Assembly: GCA_028534125.1 (NCBI GenBank)
Contig: CM052816.1
Location: 19,036,001 to 19,100,000 of the forward strand
Length of the DNA stretch: 64,000 nucleotides
Direction: 5' to 3'
Source of the DNA: Lama glama
Lineage: Eukaryota
A program made the translations under genes and the position numbers. Numbering within the stretch: position 1 is the first letter of the stretch; each line of letters opens with the position of its first letter. Positions 36,101 through 49,430 of this stretch are shown one piece after another. The notes beneath the pieces are model-generated. The model ran no database searches. It was not told where the DNA came from and was given only the letters and a program-made list of their open reading frames with translations.

Positions 36101-37489
36101 ACTCAAGGATCTTGTTAGTAGATTGTTTGGAAGGTTCTTTTAGACAACATGTTAGGGGCAAATATTCCTGAGTTTGAAAGTGAGAGAATTCTGTGCAAAC
36201 ATCTGAGACTAACCTTGAGTTCAATAATTAAAACTCTCATGAAGTCCTTGTAAGACTTTAATGATCCAATAAACAGTATATAAGAATAGACAATTAGAGG
36301 GGAACTCCTGCTAGCTTTTCTCTTTCTTCCACCTTTGTGGTTTGAGGTTTTTATCATTAAAGAAGGGGGAAAGTGCTTTGTTCCAAGGCTCCCTGCTCTG
36401 AGGACTCAGGGAGTTTTGAACAGTTTTAGGTTAGAGTGGGAGACACTAGTTGTGAATTAGGTGGAATCCACGTACTCCAGATCACCTATAGGTTTTTAGT
36501 CTTGCTGTCAGAGGAGTTTTTAGCTCCGAAATGAACACCTCATGCCTGCAACTGGAATTAATAACCCTTGTACACAACTAACCAAAGCTGGGCAGTGGCA
36601 TCTCGGTCTTGCACAGGAGGTTCACTGATGAGAATATATGTTTTTAAACCTGTTTCTTTCTCTCGCTCTCTTTTTTTTTTTTTAAACCCTCAAGACTTTA
36701 AATTCTTTACTCTAGTTTTAGGAGAGTGGGAAATCTCTCCAATCTACTGTTGCTTTAATCTCTTAAGATTGTTAATGCTGATCCCTTAATAAAGGCATTA
36801 AGGAGGAGGGGAGGGGTTAAAGTAAGTGAAAACTGAGGCAGGGCTTCTAGAATGAGGGCGGGATGGCTCACATTTTATTCAGCTTTGAGAGTTGTCTGGA
36901 ACATCACACACAGCATTCTGATACACAACTATAAGTCACTGGCTTGGCCTATACCAAATGGGCCAGGGTCAGGGAGTGGTGCGTCTCAGTCTGCCTTTTC
37001 TTCCGGTCCTGGAGACAGCAGATCTTGGGAAGAGCCCTCATGGCTTCCTCAGAGAGATGCTTGGAATACATATACTTATTCTAGGACCTGCCTCTAATAG
37101 CTTCAGAGTTAATGCTGCCCCAAGCCATTTGAAGGAAGTTCATTTAAAAATAAACCAAAGCACAAACTGAAAACCTCAACCTGACAAAACTCAGCAAGAA
37201 TCTATATATGGTGTTCATCAGAATTGCAGCAGCCTTTAGCTCTCATTTCAGTGTGCCCTTAGATTTGTGGCAGCTTTTTCAGAGCCCCATTCTTGGCATA
37301 TAGGCTGGGTTGGGGCAGAGGTTAGTGGAGCCCAGACCTGTCCTATGGGTCCTTTTCCATGTTCTGTAGGTTTAGAAGTACATTGCACCCCACCTCAGCT
37401 CTTATGAGTGAGCCCAAGTGAGTCAGCTCTTCATTGCAAAGAGTTGTATAGCTTGTTTGCTTGGATCAAGCCTGCTGGATCAATGTCTT

Positions 37490-38300
37490 GCAGTCTTTCA
37501 GCAAATATTTCTTGAGAATCAGTTTCTTGAGGGCTAGGCACTGGAGACAGAACCTGATCAAGAAATGCCCGGTCTTGCCATGTCTCTCTACCTCTGAGGA
37601 GGGGAGGGGGGTGAGGTTGAATCAGTCGCCAATGGCCAGTGATTTATTCAGTCATGCCTCCTGTGTAATGAAGCCTCCACAAAAATACCCAAAAGACAAG
37701 TTTCAGAGACTGTCTAGATTGGTGAACATGTAGAGATTTGGAGAGAGTGGCACACTTGGAGAGGGCATGGAAGCTCCCTACATTGCCCTGTGTATCTGTT
37801 CCGTCTGGCTGTTCCTGAGTTATGTCCTTTTATGATAAACTGGCAATCTAGTAAAGAAAAAATAGGAAAAAGCCCAGTTCTTGTCCTTGGGGAACTGACA
37901 TGAAGAGAAGGCAGACAAGCAGCTATTGCAAGTTCAGTGCAGGAGGCCACAGTGGCTCCCAGGACAATAACCTAACCAGGAGCAAGCCCTCAACAGGCAC
38001 GGAAAGGCCAAGGAAGAGTTGGCCAGGCAAAGGAGGGCAGGAAGGGACAAGTGTTTGAGACCTACACACCATGTGCAGAGTCTTAGAACAATGAGAACAG
38101 GAAGTCATGTGGGGGAACTGCCGGAGGCTCAGGATGGCCGGATCCTAGAGGGTGAGGCTAGAGGGCCAAATGGTCCAAATCATAGAGGATCCTGAGGAGA
38201 AACACACTGGGGGGTTTAGACTTCTTCCTTAGAGCAGTAATAAGGCATTGCACGCTCTGGGTAAGAGGAAGATTTGGTCAGGTGTCCTTTATTATTGGGA
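37490..38300. mobile_element. L2 fragment interrupted by a MER21-like LTR piece (about 37575-37855)
   Basis: L2-like ttcagcaaatatttcttgag...ctggagacag; LTR-like gccaatggccagtgatttattcagtcatgcc...gagggcatggaagctcc. Confidence 0.6.
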
Positions 38301-41149
38301 ATACTTCATCTATTCAAGTGTTGAATAGCTTCTAGATGCCAAGACTGACCAGAGTCTTGCCCTACTGAAGCTCACATTTTCCTTTGATGGCTTTGCATTG
38401 GAGTGACTGGCTCCGAGTTTGGCACAGCCTTTGAAAGAGGGAGGAGGGGTGAAGGAAAGTTTCCTTATGAAGCAGGCAGGCAGCCCCTTACTATTGAAAT
38501 ACTGTGCTGGTTCCAACCAGTGTTGCTCAGGAACACACCATAGAGTGAGTTTGCAGAGATGAGGTTTTAATCCCAGACTAGCTTCCTGCTGTTTCCTGCT
38601 TGTAGTGAGTAACAGTCACGTTTGGGTTTTGTTTTTTTCCCTCCACTAAAAACCTAGCACTTAAGAAAAGTGATGTCTGCTGGAGCAAAATGTGGAGTTT
38701 AGAGTTTATTTACTGTCTCAATTTATCCTTCTCTCCCTGTTTGCGAGCTCTTGGTTCACTGAGGGTAGACTGTAAGTTCTTTAATCATCCAGCTCATTTT
38801 AAGATGTAGTGTTTAATGAATGGAGAGAGGTGTTTTTCTTGATTGGCCAGAGTACCAGTGGAAGTCTCTGTTCTGAGCCAATCAGAGTGTAGCTTGTGAA
38901 CCCCAGCTCTGTGAGGGATAGTTGTGTAGAATATCCACATGTCTCTGGGGATGTGACAGCAGTGATACTGTTAATCATTTGGTACAATAGGAGTAAACCG
39001 AAGAGAATGCTGTAAACAGGATTAGTGTCCTGCGCTGAGGAATAAAGTGTCTCAGGTTTGCCTTCATGATTGGAGTTGATGGGAAGGTTACAAATGTATG
39101 TGGACACTTGGGCATTTATCTAGCTGCAGGGAGTGGACGGGGCAGTCCTCCCTCCCTAACAGTGACTTGAATGCTGATAGCTCACATCCCTCCATCCTGC
39201 AGTGCTGGAGCTAGGGTTGTCTGACTAGCAGTCTCCCAGCAGTTCTAATCAATATTTAGTTCAGATCAATATGCACGCATTCATCACTTAGATAATAAAA
39301 GACTTAACCATTGAGCATTCTGATGGTTTTGTGAGTGCCCTGATTATTTAAGAGTTTTCTATGCTGCAACTTTAACAGATGTCAGCATCTTACAGTTATG
39401 AGGAAGGTAAGTATTTTCTTCTGGTCTGTGTTACTGAGCCCATCTTATGGCAAGAAGAGAGGCTGCTGGAGCCATAGAATCGTCAGGGAGTCGGAAGGCC
39501 TCTGCATTCTCCTACATCAGCCACCAGGGAAGTTGTGATGTTCCCTTCCTGGGAAACCCCAAGGTAGTGCGCCAGAGATTGGCTAGGTATTGTGTGAGAG
39601 ACTGGCCCCAGAGAAAGTCCCTGACTGATCTCTCTCTTGCCACTTCTTGATGAATCCTGTGGCCTTTGGAAATGCTGCCCTCATTTTTGTGAGGAGAACC
39701 CCATTCACTGTAAATGCCAGCTAATCAGTCACCACCCAGCCAGCATTTGAGGGCCTTCCAGGAACCAGGCAGGGTGGTAGGTTTTGGAGATACAGTGGTG
39801 AGCAGAGTAGCCTGGTCCATCCCATCAGGACAGGTAAGGAAATAGGTAGTGGTGATACAGTGTGACCAGTGCTGAGATTGGGGAAGCTGGCTCTAGAATG
39901 TTTACAGAAATTGTATCCAAAGTGGCAGTTAGGTTGGAAGGAAGGGCTAGAAGCTGCATTTGCAAAGCACTTTATAAAGACTGAGAAGAGCAACTGAACA
40001 TACTTCAGTGGTGGCTGAGGTTCATTATAAGGGATTTTTTAGCTGGGCTCAGGGGCCACTACAGGAATGTCTACTGAAGAAACAGAGTGGGTCCCCAGTT
40101 GCTGAAATAGGCATAGTGGGCCAGAGGTCACCAGGGCCTTGCGTGGAGTCTGGACATGGGGCTGCTCCATGCTAGGCTGGGACTGGGGGCCATATGGCAC
40201 AGCCACTGCAGGAATGCAGAAGAGGAGCTCCTTGATAGATCTCCATCACCAGAGGAGGCACTGGGTCCATTGGTAGGACTGCTTCAAACTGAGGGCTGGA
40301 GAGAGCGTTCCAGACTGAGCAAGTGACATGTGCCAAAGGGTGGAGGTAGGAACGAAGGTGGTTTGCTGTGCAGCAAGGCGCCAGTTAGGGTGCCCTGTGG
40401 GCTAGGAATAGAATGGTGTGGTAGGTAGGATGGCCCTTTGCCTTCCTCATCTCTGCTGCTCCTCCATGTTTTGTGTCCATCTTATTCACGGGATCCTCAC
40501 AACCAGGCTTATCATTTGTCCTGTGCTTTGAGGACAGGTCGCGTTGTCCTTATCACATCTCCATTGTTGGGAGGCCTGTGGTCAGAGACCTGCTTCTCAC
40601 TTGATCCTGGCTCCTCTTTGTACAGTCCCCTTCCCTAGTGTGTCTCAGGGTGAGCTTTGGGTTTCTGCAGAGAAGGTTTGTGTCTATTGTGATTGATTTG
40701 TAGTTAGAGGTGTTGCAGAGATAAAGACCACAGAGATCCCTTCAGGACCAACCACAGAATCTTCATTTCCTGGCCTGGTAACAGTCAAAAAGACAGCCAA
40801 GTCATTGTTCAGTGATGAACGATGCCAGGGTTGCCAGAAGACCTGTCACTGTCTTCAAAGCATGTGGGGCCCTCTACAGGGGTGAGGGCTTCTGGTTTGC
40901 TGAATAGGGTGCCCTCCTGGAAGGAAGGACAGAGCTTTGTCAGTTTGACAAGGTATTATTGCTATTTCTCCTGTGAGCAAGGTCAGTGCCCTAAAGAGAA
41001 GCTGAGTGTGTAAAAATCCACTTTCTTTATGATGAAAGACCATCCATCTCTCAGAAAAGGCTGGATGCAGGACATGGGTCAAAGTCAGGTTTGACTGGTC
41101 ACTCAGAACCTGGCTTCAGGGTTACCTTCCAAGTTGGTTTGTCATGTTA

Positions 41150-41500
41150 CGGAGGCTGCTGTTTCCTCTTTTCTTCAGAGCAAATAGCTAGAGGACATTT
41201 CTTAACCTCTCTTGCACTTGGGTGTGGCCATATGACCACGTTCTAATCAATGGATCCTGGTCAGAAATGGTGTGCCCCCCTTTCAGACCTGGTTTCTGAA
41301 AGCCCCTATGAGTTGTCCTCCATGGCCTTTTCCCTTCTATGGTAACGCTGGCAGTTGTGCATTGAAGAGTGGTAGGAGTCTGGATCCACGAATCATCCTG
41401 TAGAGAAGCACCAGCCAACCATGGAAGCCACTTGGAACTTTTCACAAGTGAGAAGTGAGCTGTGGGGCTATTTCTTATATCAGCTAGTCTAGAATATATA
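41150..41500 (+). mobile_element. MLT1-family LTR
   Basis: acatttcttaacctctcttgcacttgggtgtggccatatgaccacgttctaatcaatgg. Confidence 0.6.
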
Positions 41501-44500
41501 GTCACTAAGTGGCGGAGCCGTGGCTCGAATCAGGTCAGTCTGACTTTGGAATTCAAGTTATTAAGCACTTCTGTCACAGCCACTCTCTTCCCCCCACGTT
41601 GGTGCCTGGCCATAGCTCCCCATGTCCCATCGACCTCTAAAGAGCAGGATGGACCTGGCACATGTATGGGTTTAGCTGGAGACTGCACAGGCACAACATG
41701 ATTTTCCAAATGATGTTTTAACATTGCTACACATTAGTGGATGTCATGAGGCTGCACAGTTTAGTAGAATTCTTCCATAGCTGTGGCTGCAGCTTGGAGA
41801 TAGTTAGAAGTGTAGGAAGAACACGAGGAGTGGCAAGGAACAGACTCTCTTGAGGATGGACCCCTTGGGATGGGGATAGAGACTTGGGACTGCTCTATTT
41901 AGAGAGGAACCTGGCGCCAGATGAGACAAGAAGATGTTCTACCAGCATAGTGGCACTGATGTTTATGATCTTTCTTGGGACCTGGGGACCTTTGGATGAG
42001 TTGACTACAGCACCTGGCATGGAGTAGCTTGAAGCTGAGTCGATTTGGGAAGGTAGGTTCACAGATGTGTGCTAGGATATAGGCTGTGAGAACACGGAGC
42101 AGTGAGCAATTCCAGTCTATGGTCAGGACCAAGAAGAGGGGTCATGTGAATATCAGTTTAGCAGGTTGGCAAGGGGACAGAGGGTGTTACAGGCAGGAGA
42201 AGCAGCATGTATAAAGACATTCTGGACACAACATCACAGGTCAGGAAGTCAGGGGCAGCCTGGGCCATCTGAGCCTGGGCAGGGGTGGCAGGAAGCAGTG
42301 CTGCAGAAGTGGTTGGAGGATGATGTTTGTGGCTGTCTCGGGTGATGGGGAATCAGTAAAGTGGGCAGAGACCTCTGGTGTTCATGGAGAGACTGGTGCT
42401 GGGGAGGACAGGTGAGAAGTAGCGAGAGCTGAACCGAAGCAGGGAGGGCAAAGAGAAAGGAAGAAGTTTGAGAAGTTACGGAAGTGAGTTCAACAGAGCC
42501 TGGCTAATGACTGGGTGCTGTGGAGGTGGGCAGGGAAGTAGGGACAGGTTGACTCCTGCTTGGTAGCTTGATGCATGATGTTGCCACCCCTGGGGCTGAG
42601 ATACCCAGAGGAGTTGAGGTGCCTTTGGGACTTACAGGGTAGTCAGAACAGAGCTCTGGGACTCACCAGCCAGGTGTGTGCTGGGCTAGGGACCTGGGAG
42701 TCACCAGCATGTCGACCTAAAGACTCTTGGCTTGAGTCAGAGGAAAGCCCTGGAGGATTACTTTTAAGGAATAAATGTGTCTGGGACTCATCAGGTCCCT
42801 GAATCATGGCTTCTCTCTGAGGCAGGACATTGTCCAATTCCCACAAAGGCAGCCCCAGACATACCCTTACAGGTCTTCCTGGAGACAGAGCTGGAGTCTG
42901 TGCTCCAGTGAGAACAGGCCTGAGCTGTGTTAGTCATCACTGACCACAGGCCTCTCCTGGAAGAGGGGAAGCACTCAGATCTAAAAGCTCTTGGTCTAAA
43001 GGCGTTGGGTTGGTCTGTGGAACACATTTGTATTAAAGCAGAAGACTGCTAGGAGCCCAGTTACAGCTTTTTCCCTGCAAACAACATGTGCACACATGTA
43101 TACACATACTATTTCCTGCTCAGAGTGAGCATGGGCACCTTGTTTGCAGGGAGTGTTTTTAAACAGAGCTCATTACAGCAAGAAGTGGAGCCAGCTATTT
43201 GTCTCAGAAAAACCAGACCCTCCTGGGACTCTTTAGTGCTTGTGGTCAGTTAAGACTTGGTGCCCTTCTTGACAGGGTGAAGTACGGGGTTCTCATCACA
43301 GAGGTCATGAGCCCCCTCTAGCATCCATCAAGAACCAAGGCTTGAGCCCCCTTAATTCTAGTGGGCCTGTCCACACAGCTGCCCCAGAGTGCCCAGGAAT
43401 CTGCTCTCTGCTGTAGTGGCCATCTCTGTCATCCAGATGGTCTGAGATTATCCTGATGTTAGGTATGGACATGCATGTCTTGAATGTAGGGTTAGGTGTT
43501 AAAATAACAAGGACTCCTAACTCTGTGGCCTCCATGTGGACCTGTTAGAGCTGGAGGGGCCCACACATCACAGAGCCTGACCTCAGTTTACCGAGACCTG
43601 TCCATTTGGTTCAGTGGTCTGAGCGTAAATGTCTTCTAGGCAAGGCTTGTCTGGTGCCCAGAACAGGCTGAGGCCTCTTGACAGCCCCTCACCCAGCACC
43701 CTGCACTGGCCTTTCACAATGACCATTTAAATGACTGTAGGGTTAGTTATTGTTTCTCTTCCCCATCAGCTCTGGGAGAGCAGGGACCATATCTGTCTCA
43801 TGAACTGCTGTCTCCAGTCCCCAGCATAGTTCCTGAAGTGAATGCATTTAGCAAGTAGCTGTGACCTTACTATGTGGTGCTCCATTAGGAATACAGTCAG
43901 GGGCAGCCCTCTGAGACCTTACAGTATGATGGGAGAGATGGGGGCAGTGTTGTGGCATGAAGCACATAGGAGCCCAGAGGATGGAGCAGCTCAGTTGGAG
44001 CACTCAGGGAAGAGTTAGCAGAGGGCAGAAAAGCATGAGGGGTAAAGGAGGTTCTGGCAAAAGGGTATAGCCCCTGCAGAGGAGGGCGTTTGGGGGACTC
44101 CCCTGTGTTCACGTTTAGACTGCAGGAAGCACAGGTAAAGCTGGGTGGGTGTGCCAGGCCTAGATTTCTAGGGCATTGCATGGCAGGCCAAGGGTCCTGA
44201 TTTTATCTTGGAAATTGTGGCAGCAGAGAAAACTGTAAGACCAGGGCCACAGCATTTTCGGCTTTGCATGTACGAAGATAGCCCAGCCACCGGAGGGCAG
44301 GTGGATTAGAGGAGAGTGTGGCCTATGGTGAGAAGACCTTTTTAGGAGACGTTTGTGAGCATTTGGTTAAGATAGTGGTGACCTAGATCCAGTCACATTC
44401 GGGGTAGAGGAGAGAAGATCCCACAAAAGGTGCTGAAGAAGGGGCTTTTGGGTTGGGGATTGGGAGAAGGGGCAGGGAAAGAAGAACTCTCCTTCGTCTT

Positions 44501-45098
44501 CTCTAAGGACAGGCGTGTCTAGTAGTCTGGAAGTGTTCAGAGGGCCTCTTACTCCAGCCTGGCCACTGAACTGAACTCTTGTGAGCTGGTCTTGCCTCTC
44601 ACAGATAAAGGACCATTAGGTAGAAATGCTGCTTTCATCAAAGAACCTAGATACCTGCTTTACATCTTCATTCTAGGGGCAGGTGACATAGTTTTTTCTT
44701 TCATGAAGGCTTCAGCAAATTATCTGCCTTGGTCTCAAGTGTATGAAAATACAATTATTTAGCAAGTGTATAGTTTGTAGCCAAGAAATCCCATTTTCTT
44801 TTACATCATGTGGCATAAAGGCAAGGCACTTAAGAGCAGTCATTGTCAGAGTAACATTTAAGTGGAAGTGGCTGATAAAATTGATGTCATGGTATAAAAA
44901 GTGAAAATCTAAGCCATTCTCTTTTCAGGGGCCGAAGTGCATGGGGGGGACTGTGTAAACTAGGCTCGTGGCGCTCAGTGGCTGTAGGCATTGGGATCTG
45001 CTGGCAGGACCCGTTTCTTCCAGGGGTCAGAGTGCACTGAGGAGGGGGAGATGCGCTGTTCCCAGTGATCCTGACTGGTGCCCCTCTTGCCTCCACAG

Positions 45099-45131
45099 TG
45101 TGCTTACTGATCCATCTCCAGGGCCACGGCC
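45099..45131 (+). other. MACROH2A1: 5'UTR part of exon 2
   Basis: Acceptor cccctcttgcctccacAG (45097-45098); 33 nt to the ATG; Kozak-like gccacggccATG. Confidence 0.85.
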
Positions 45132-45303
45132 ATGTCGAGCCGGGGTGGGAAGAAGAAGTCCACCAAAACCTCCCGGTCTGCCAAGGCGGGAGTCATCTTC
45201 CCTGTGGGCCGGATGCTGCGGTACATCAAGAAAGGCCACCCCAAGTACAGGATTGGAGTTGGGGCTCCCGTGTACATGGCCGCTGTCCTGGAGTACCTGA
45301 CAG
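45132..45303 (+). CDS. MACROH2A1: Core histone macro-H2A.1, first coding exon (57 codons + 1 nt, N-terminal H2A fold); partial CDS
   Basis: [57 protein letters not shown] followed by donor CAG|GTAAGT. The [14 protein letters not shown] segment marks macroH2A1. No next exon (expected EILELAGNAARDNKK) was found in the window. Confidence 0.98.
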
Positions 45304-45369
45304 GTAAGTGTGCCCGAGTCACTGTGGACACCACGACTTTCCAAGGATTGATAGGACCTTGCTAGTTTC

Positions 45370-46370
45370 ATATGTTTTGAAATTTTTCAAACCTACAGGA
45401 AATTTACAAGAATAGTACAGTGAACATTTTCACCTAGATTCATCAGTTGTTAACATTTTGTCCTGCTTGCTCTATTTCCCTCTGCCCTGTGTGTGTGAGT
45501 GAGCACACACTTACGCTTATTTTTGGCTCTTACCTATCATACAGTCTGTTTTGAAATTTTTTTTAATTGTCCTAAATGTCCTTTATGATTTTGTTCCCTT
45601 TTCTTTCCTAATCCAGGATCCATTTCAGGATCATAGGTTGCATTTAGCTGTCAGGTCTCTCTAGTCTTATTTAATCTATAAAAGGATTCCCCAGCTTTTA
45701 AGTTTTGTTTTAATTTTTGATGACATAGACATTTTTGGAGCGCCTGGGCCATTCGTTTTGCAGAATGCCCTTAATCTGGGTTGATCTCAGGTTCAGGTTG
45801 AATTCAGGCTAAACATTTTGATAGGCGAGTTGTGTAAGTGATGTTGAGTCTTTCTCTGGCGTCACATCGAGAGGCAGCTGACATGGGTTTGTCCTGTCAC
45901 TGGTGCTCTTCATGTTGGTCGTTCAATGAAGATGGTGTCTGGGTTTCTGCACATCCTGTATCACAACCTTTCACACAGCAGCTTTAGCATTCCTTGATGA
46001 TCTTACCTGAATCAGTTATCACTGTGGTGGTTATAAATTAGTGATTTTTCTATCATTTATTAGTTGGTGTTCTTCTGTTAAGAAAAGCTTTCCTTCTGCC
46101 CCCTTTTTTTGGTGCTATCAATATTGGTTTGTGGATTTAAAAAATTAAGTGGGTTATATACTATCATGTCATGACTTGTTATGATGCTCAAATTGTCTCA
46201 AATTTGACCTTTAAGCTGGTTTTTATGTCTTTTTGCTCACTCTCCATCAGTTTCTGTACGTTTCCTGCTTTCTGACATAATGAGAGAGTCTCGTCTCCCC
46301 TGAACTTCCCCTGCCTCAGTTTTGGAATCGGCCATCTCTCCAGGGGGTCCTTGGTCCTTTTCCCAGATAT
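45370..46370 (-). mobile_element. Old L1M 3' region
   Basis: tgaaatttttcaaacctacagga...caagaatagtacagtgaaca...ttgcatttagctgtcaggtctctctagtc. Confidence 0.7.
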
Positions 46371-48189
46371 AATCTTATTGGTGGTTCCATAGCAACTGTG
46401 GGAGGCCAGCTGGGCAGGGATACCATCCCTCATTTTTAGTAATGAGAAAACCAGCCTCAGTGCGTAAAAAGATTTGCCTGGAGTCACATATAACCGGAAA
46501 GAACTTGAGAAGAGATGCACATCTTGCTGCCCTTTTATAATTCTTTCACCACTTTTCGCTGTGTGTGTGATCAGGATAGGTGGCAGGCAGGGGCAGCCAC
46601 CTCTCTAAAGCCAGAAAGGGGAGACAGCAAGACAAGCTGCCTCTTCCAAAGGAGTGTAGTCAGACAGCCAAAGAGCTGGGTCACTTCTTGCTTTCCCAGG
46701 ACTCTCAATAATTCCAGACCAAGGTTTCCCCCACAGAGAACACAGTCATGAGGGTTATAAAGTTTTTATGTTCTGTTAAAAGCATCTAGGCATGAAAAGT
46801 GATTGGTGTTACAGTTGTGAGACCTTTGCATATATTTGGAACTTTAACCCTCTGCTTGTCAGAGACTCTTCTAGGTGCCACGGCTGGTAGCGTGAGCTAG
46901 GCGTGAGTCTTCTCACTATGCAGATGAGGAAACAGGCCCAGAATTTGTGTGGCACACCCAGGAAGACCCTGTGTAACACTGTCAACCGGGCAGGGAGACC
47001 AGGGGAGAAGTCCTTATAGGACTCAGAGGACATTTTCTAGGTCTGGCCTGGTAGTTTACATGCTGTGTGACCCAGAGAGAGTCAGTTAACCTCTGGACCA
47101 TAATTTCCTTACAACTCAAATGAAGGCAATAGTCCCTGCTCCACCAACTCCAGGCTGCTGTGAGAGCTTCTTTGGAGCATAATGGGAAAGCTGACATGAT
47201 GTGGAAACTCAGATAGCCCGTGTTTCCTGGTTCCAAAATGCTCCCATGTCCCTAGCACCGGAATGACACTGGAGTATTCATAGATACTGTCATCAGGCCA
47301 AGCACAATAGCAGTTTCATTTCTTTCACCAAGCTTCCTCTTTTTAGTTTGCAGGGTGTGGGGTGGGAGATACCACTGCTCCATCATGTCTGAGGCTGCAG
47401 CTGTCTGCCACACAGACTTTGTGTCCTTTTTCCTTATCTGTGCCTGGCTGGCTCTGAAACTGAGCATAGCGCTCATGAGGTCCAGGTCAGCAGGTCCATT
47501 CTCATGGGGGTCAGGCACCTTGACCCTGCACTCACACTCACCATGCCTGTCCCCCGCTGTTATGAGTGCAGTAGTGGTCCCAACGGGGTGGGTGGTAGGA
47601 ATGGTCAGGGTAGCCCAGTGCTATAGCTGGTCAAGTCACTCAAGGCAAATCCTTACTCTGGCATTAGCCACATGAACCTCTGTATATTAGAGACTAATAC
47701 ATCTTTTTAAGTTTTATCAAGTCCTTCCAGCAGAGCTATAGTTAGCTTAATCTGAGCCATTTCCTCTGCCTGCATGCAGGGCTGAGTCATTGGCATGACC
47801 CTTGACTAGTACCTGCCCCTGATGTGGCGCCTGGCCTGCGTGATGGGGACTTAGGGTATGTCCAGAGCCATTAGCGCTGTGCTTGGTCACTGCTGTGGTC
47901 ACTTGTGTTCTGTTGCCTGATGGGTCAGGAGCTGAGCTCCCGGGCTGGGTCCAGTGAAAATGCTGCTTCGTTCCACTGGTCGAAACAGTGCTGCCCTCAC
48001 ACTGACAGCTCTCGGGAGGTGATCTGCCCTGAGCCCCTTGGGCTGGAATGTGTGAACACGTGGAGAGTTGGAAGTCCTGGGCATCTGCCTTCTCAGAACT
48101 TTGGTTTTGGTCCCTGAGAGAGAAATAAAGGTGGACAAGTTCGCTTTCTGCTCTGCTCTTGGCTTTTGTTTCACTGAAGACCCTTTCCC

Positions 48190-48500
48190 ATTTATTCTGC
48201 ATGCTTACTGAGCACCTGCTGTGTGCCCAGCGCTGTCCTAGGCTGTGTGTGACAGCACAGGGATGATGGGGACAGAGATGGTCTCTGCTCCATGGAGCTC
48301 ACAATCTAGTCTGCAAGAAAGAAGCAACCAACTGAAATGGTTACTGACTGTGATGAGTGCCGTGGAGGCTGTAAACAGGCCAGGGGCTCAGGCACCTGGG
48401 GTCTGGCGATGAACTGGTCCAGGAAGGCTTCTTTGAGGATGAGACATCAGCTGAGACCTAGAGAAGGAGACAGTGCCAATCAGCCCTGTGAGGGCTGGGA
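48190..48500 (-). mobile_element. L2 3' end
   Basis: cttactgagcacctgctgtgtgcc...catggagctcacaatctagt...aggaaggcttctttgagga. Confidence 0.75.
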
Positions 48501-49204
48501 AAGGGGCTCTGCCACCCACTCACCTGTGCACAGCACACCTGCTGGGCACTAGCTTCTTTTCTTCCCAGAGTTTGGAGAAGGTGTAGGAAGAGGGAGAAGC
48601 CAGGGTAGCAGCTTTCAGGCAGCTTAGGGCCAAGTTAAGGATGTGATCCAGACACCATGCTCCAATACAAGGCATCTGAGGGAAGTACCATCCAGTTAGC
48701 AGGTCCTCACTGAGAGGTCCCTTGTGTCTAATACTGGGATACAGGCCAGAATAAGACCTCTCCCCAGCCCGAAGAGCTTTGTCCAGAGACAGGTACAAGC
48801 AAGAAAAAGGCAGTGATGGTGCAGGACCACATGTGCTGAGAGTAGGTTTCAGAAAATGTTTCTTGGAGGATGCTTGTTAACCAGTTAACCAGAGTTACCC
48901 TGCCTGTCTAGTTGTCACCTGAAGGGCCCTGTGGAGGCACTGTCTTCTCTAACAGGTGGCATACATAATTGCAGGCATGGAGATGGAGTGTCACATGATG
49001 CTCTGCTGAAACAGCCAGGCCTCCTGCCATCAGAAGGCCCCAGTGAAGAGATGAGGAGGGGTTTGGACACTCCGGGGTGGCTGAGCTGCAGGACCTACCT
49101 AGGGCCAGGTAGCTCTGGAGCAGGAAGTTGACATCTCTTTGGTGGCCAGGCCTGGAAACCACTGGGGGGTGCCACGATATTCAGTAGAAATTGGGTAGAG
49201 GCAG

Positions 49205-49430
49205 CAGAAATCGGGTGGTTTAGAGAGTGGACCTTGGTGTGGGACCAACGTTTCTTAATTGTGGCCTTAGGCAAGTCATTCACATCTCCAAGCCGCAATT
49301 TTATTATCTGTGAAATGAAGGTAAATGAAGTAACTGTGTCATGGGTTATTATGAGATGGAAATGAGAGAATACATGTGAAGTTCTTTCCCGTGCCAGCAT
49401 GGTGTAGGTGACCAGGGGCTAACTGTTAAC
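49205..49430 (+). mobile_element. MIR SINE
   Basis: gtggccttaggcaagtcattcacatctc...atctgtgaaatgaagg...atgagatggaaatgagagaatacatgtgaa. Confidence 0.75.

Noticed and set aside
45304..45365. C-terminal part of the 77-aa ORF, read as a short stand-alone H2A
   Set aside because: H2A similarity ends exactly at a consensus GTAAGT donor; the rest is intron.
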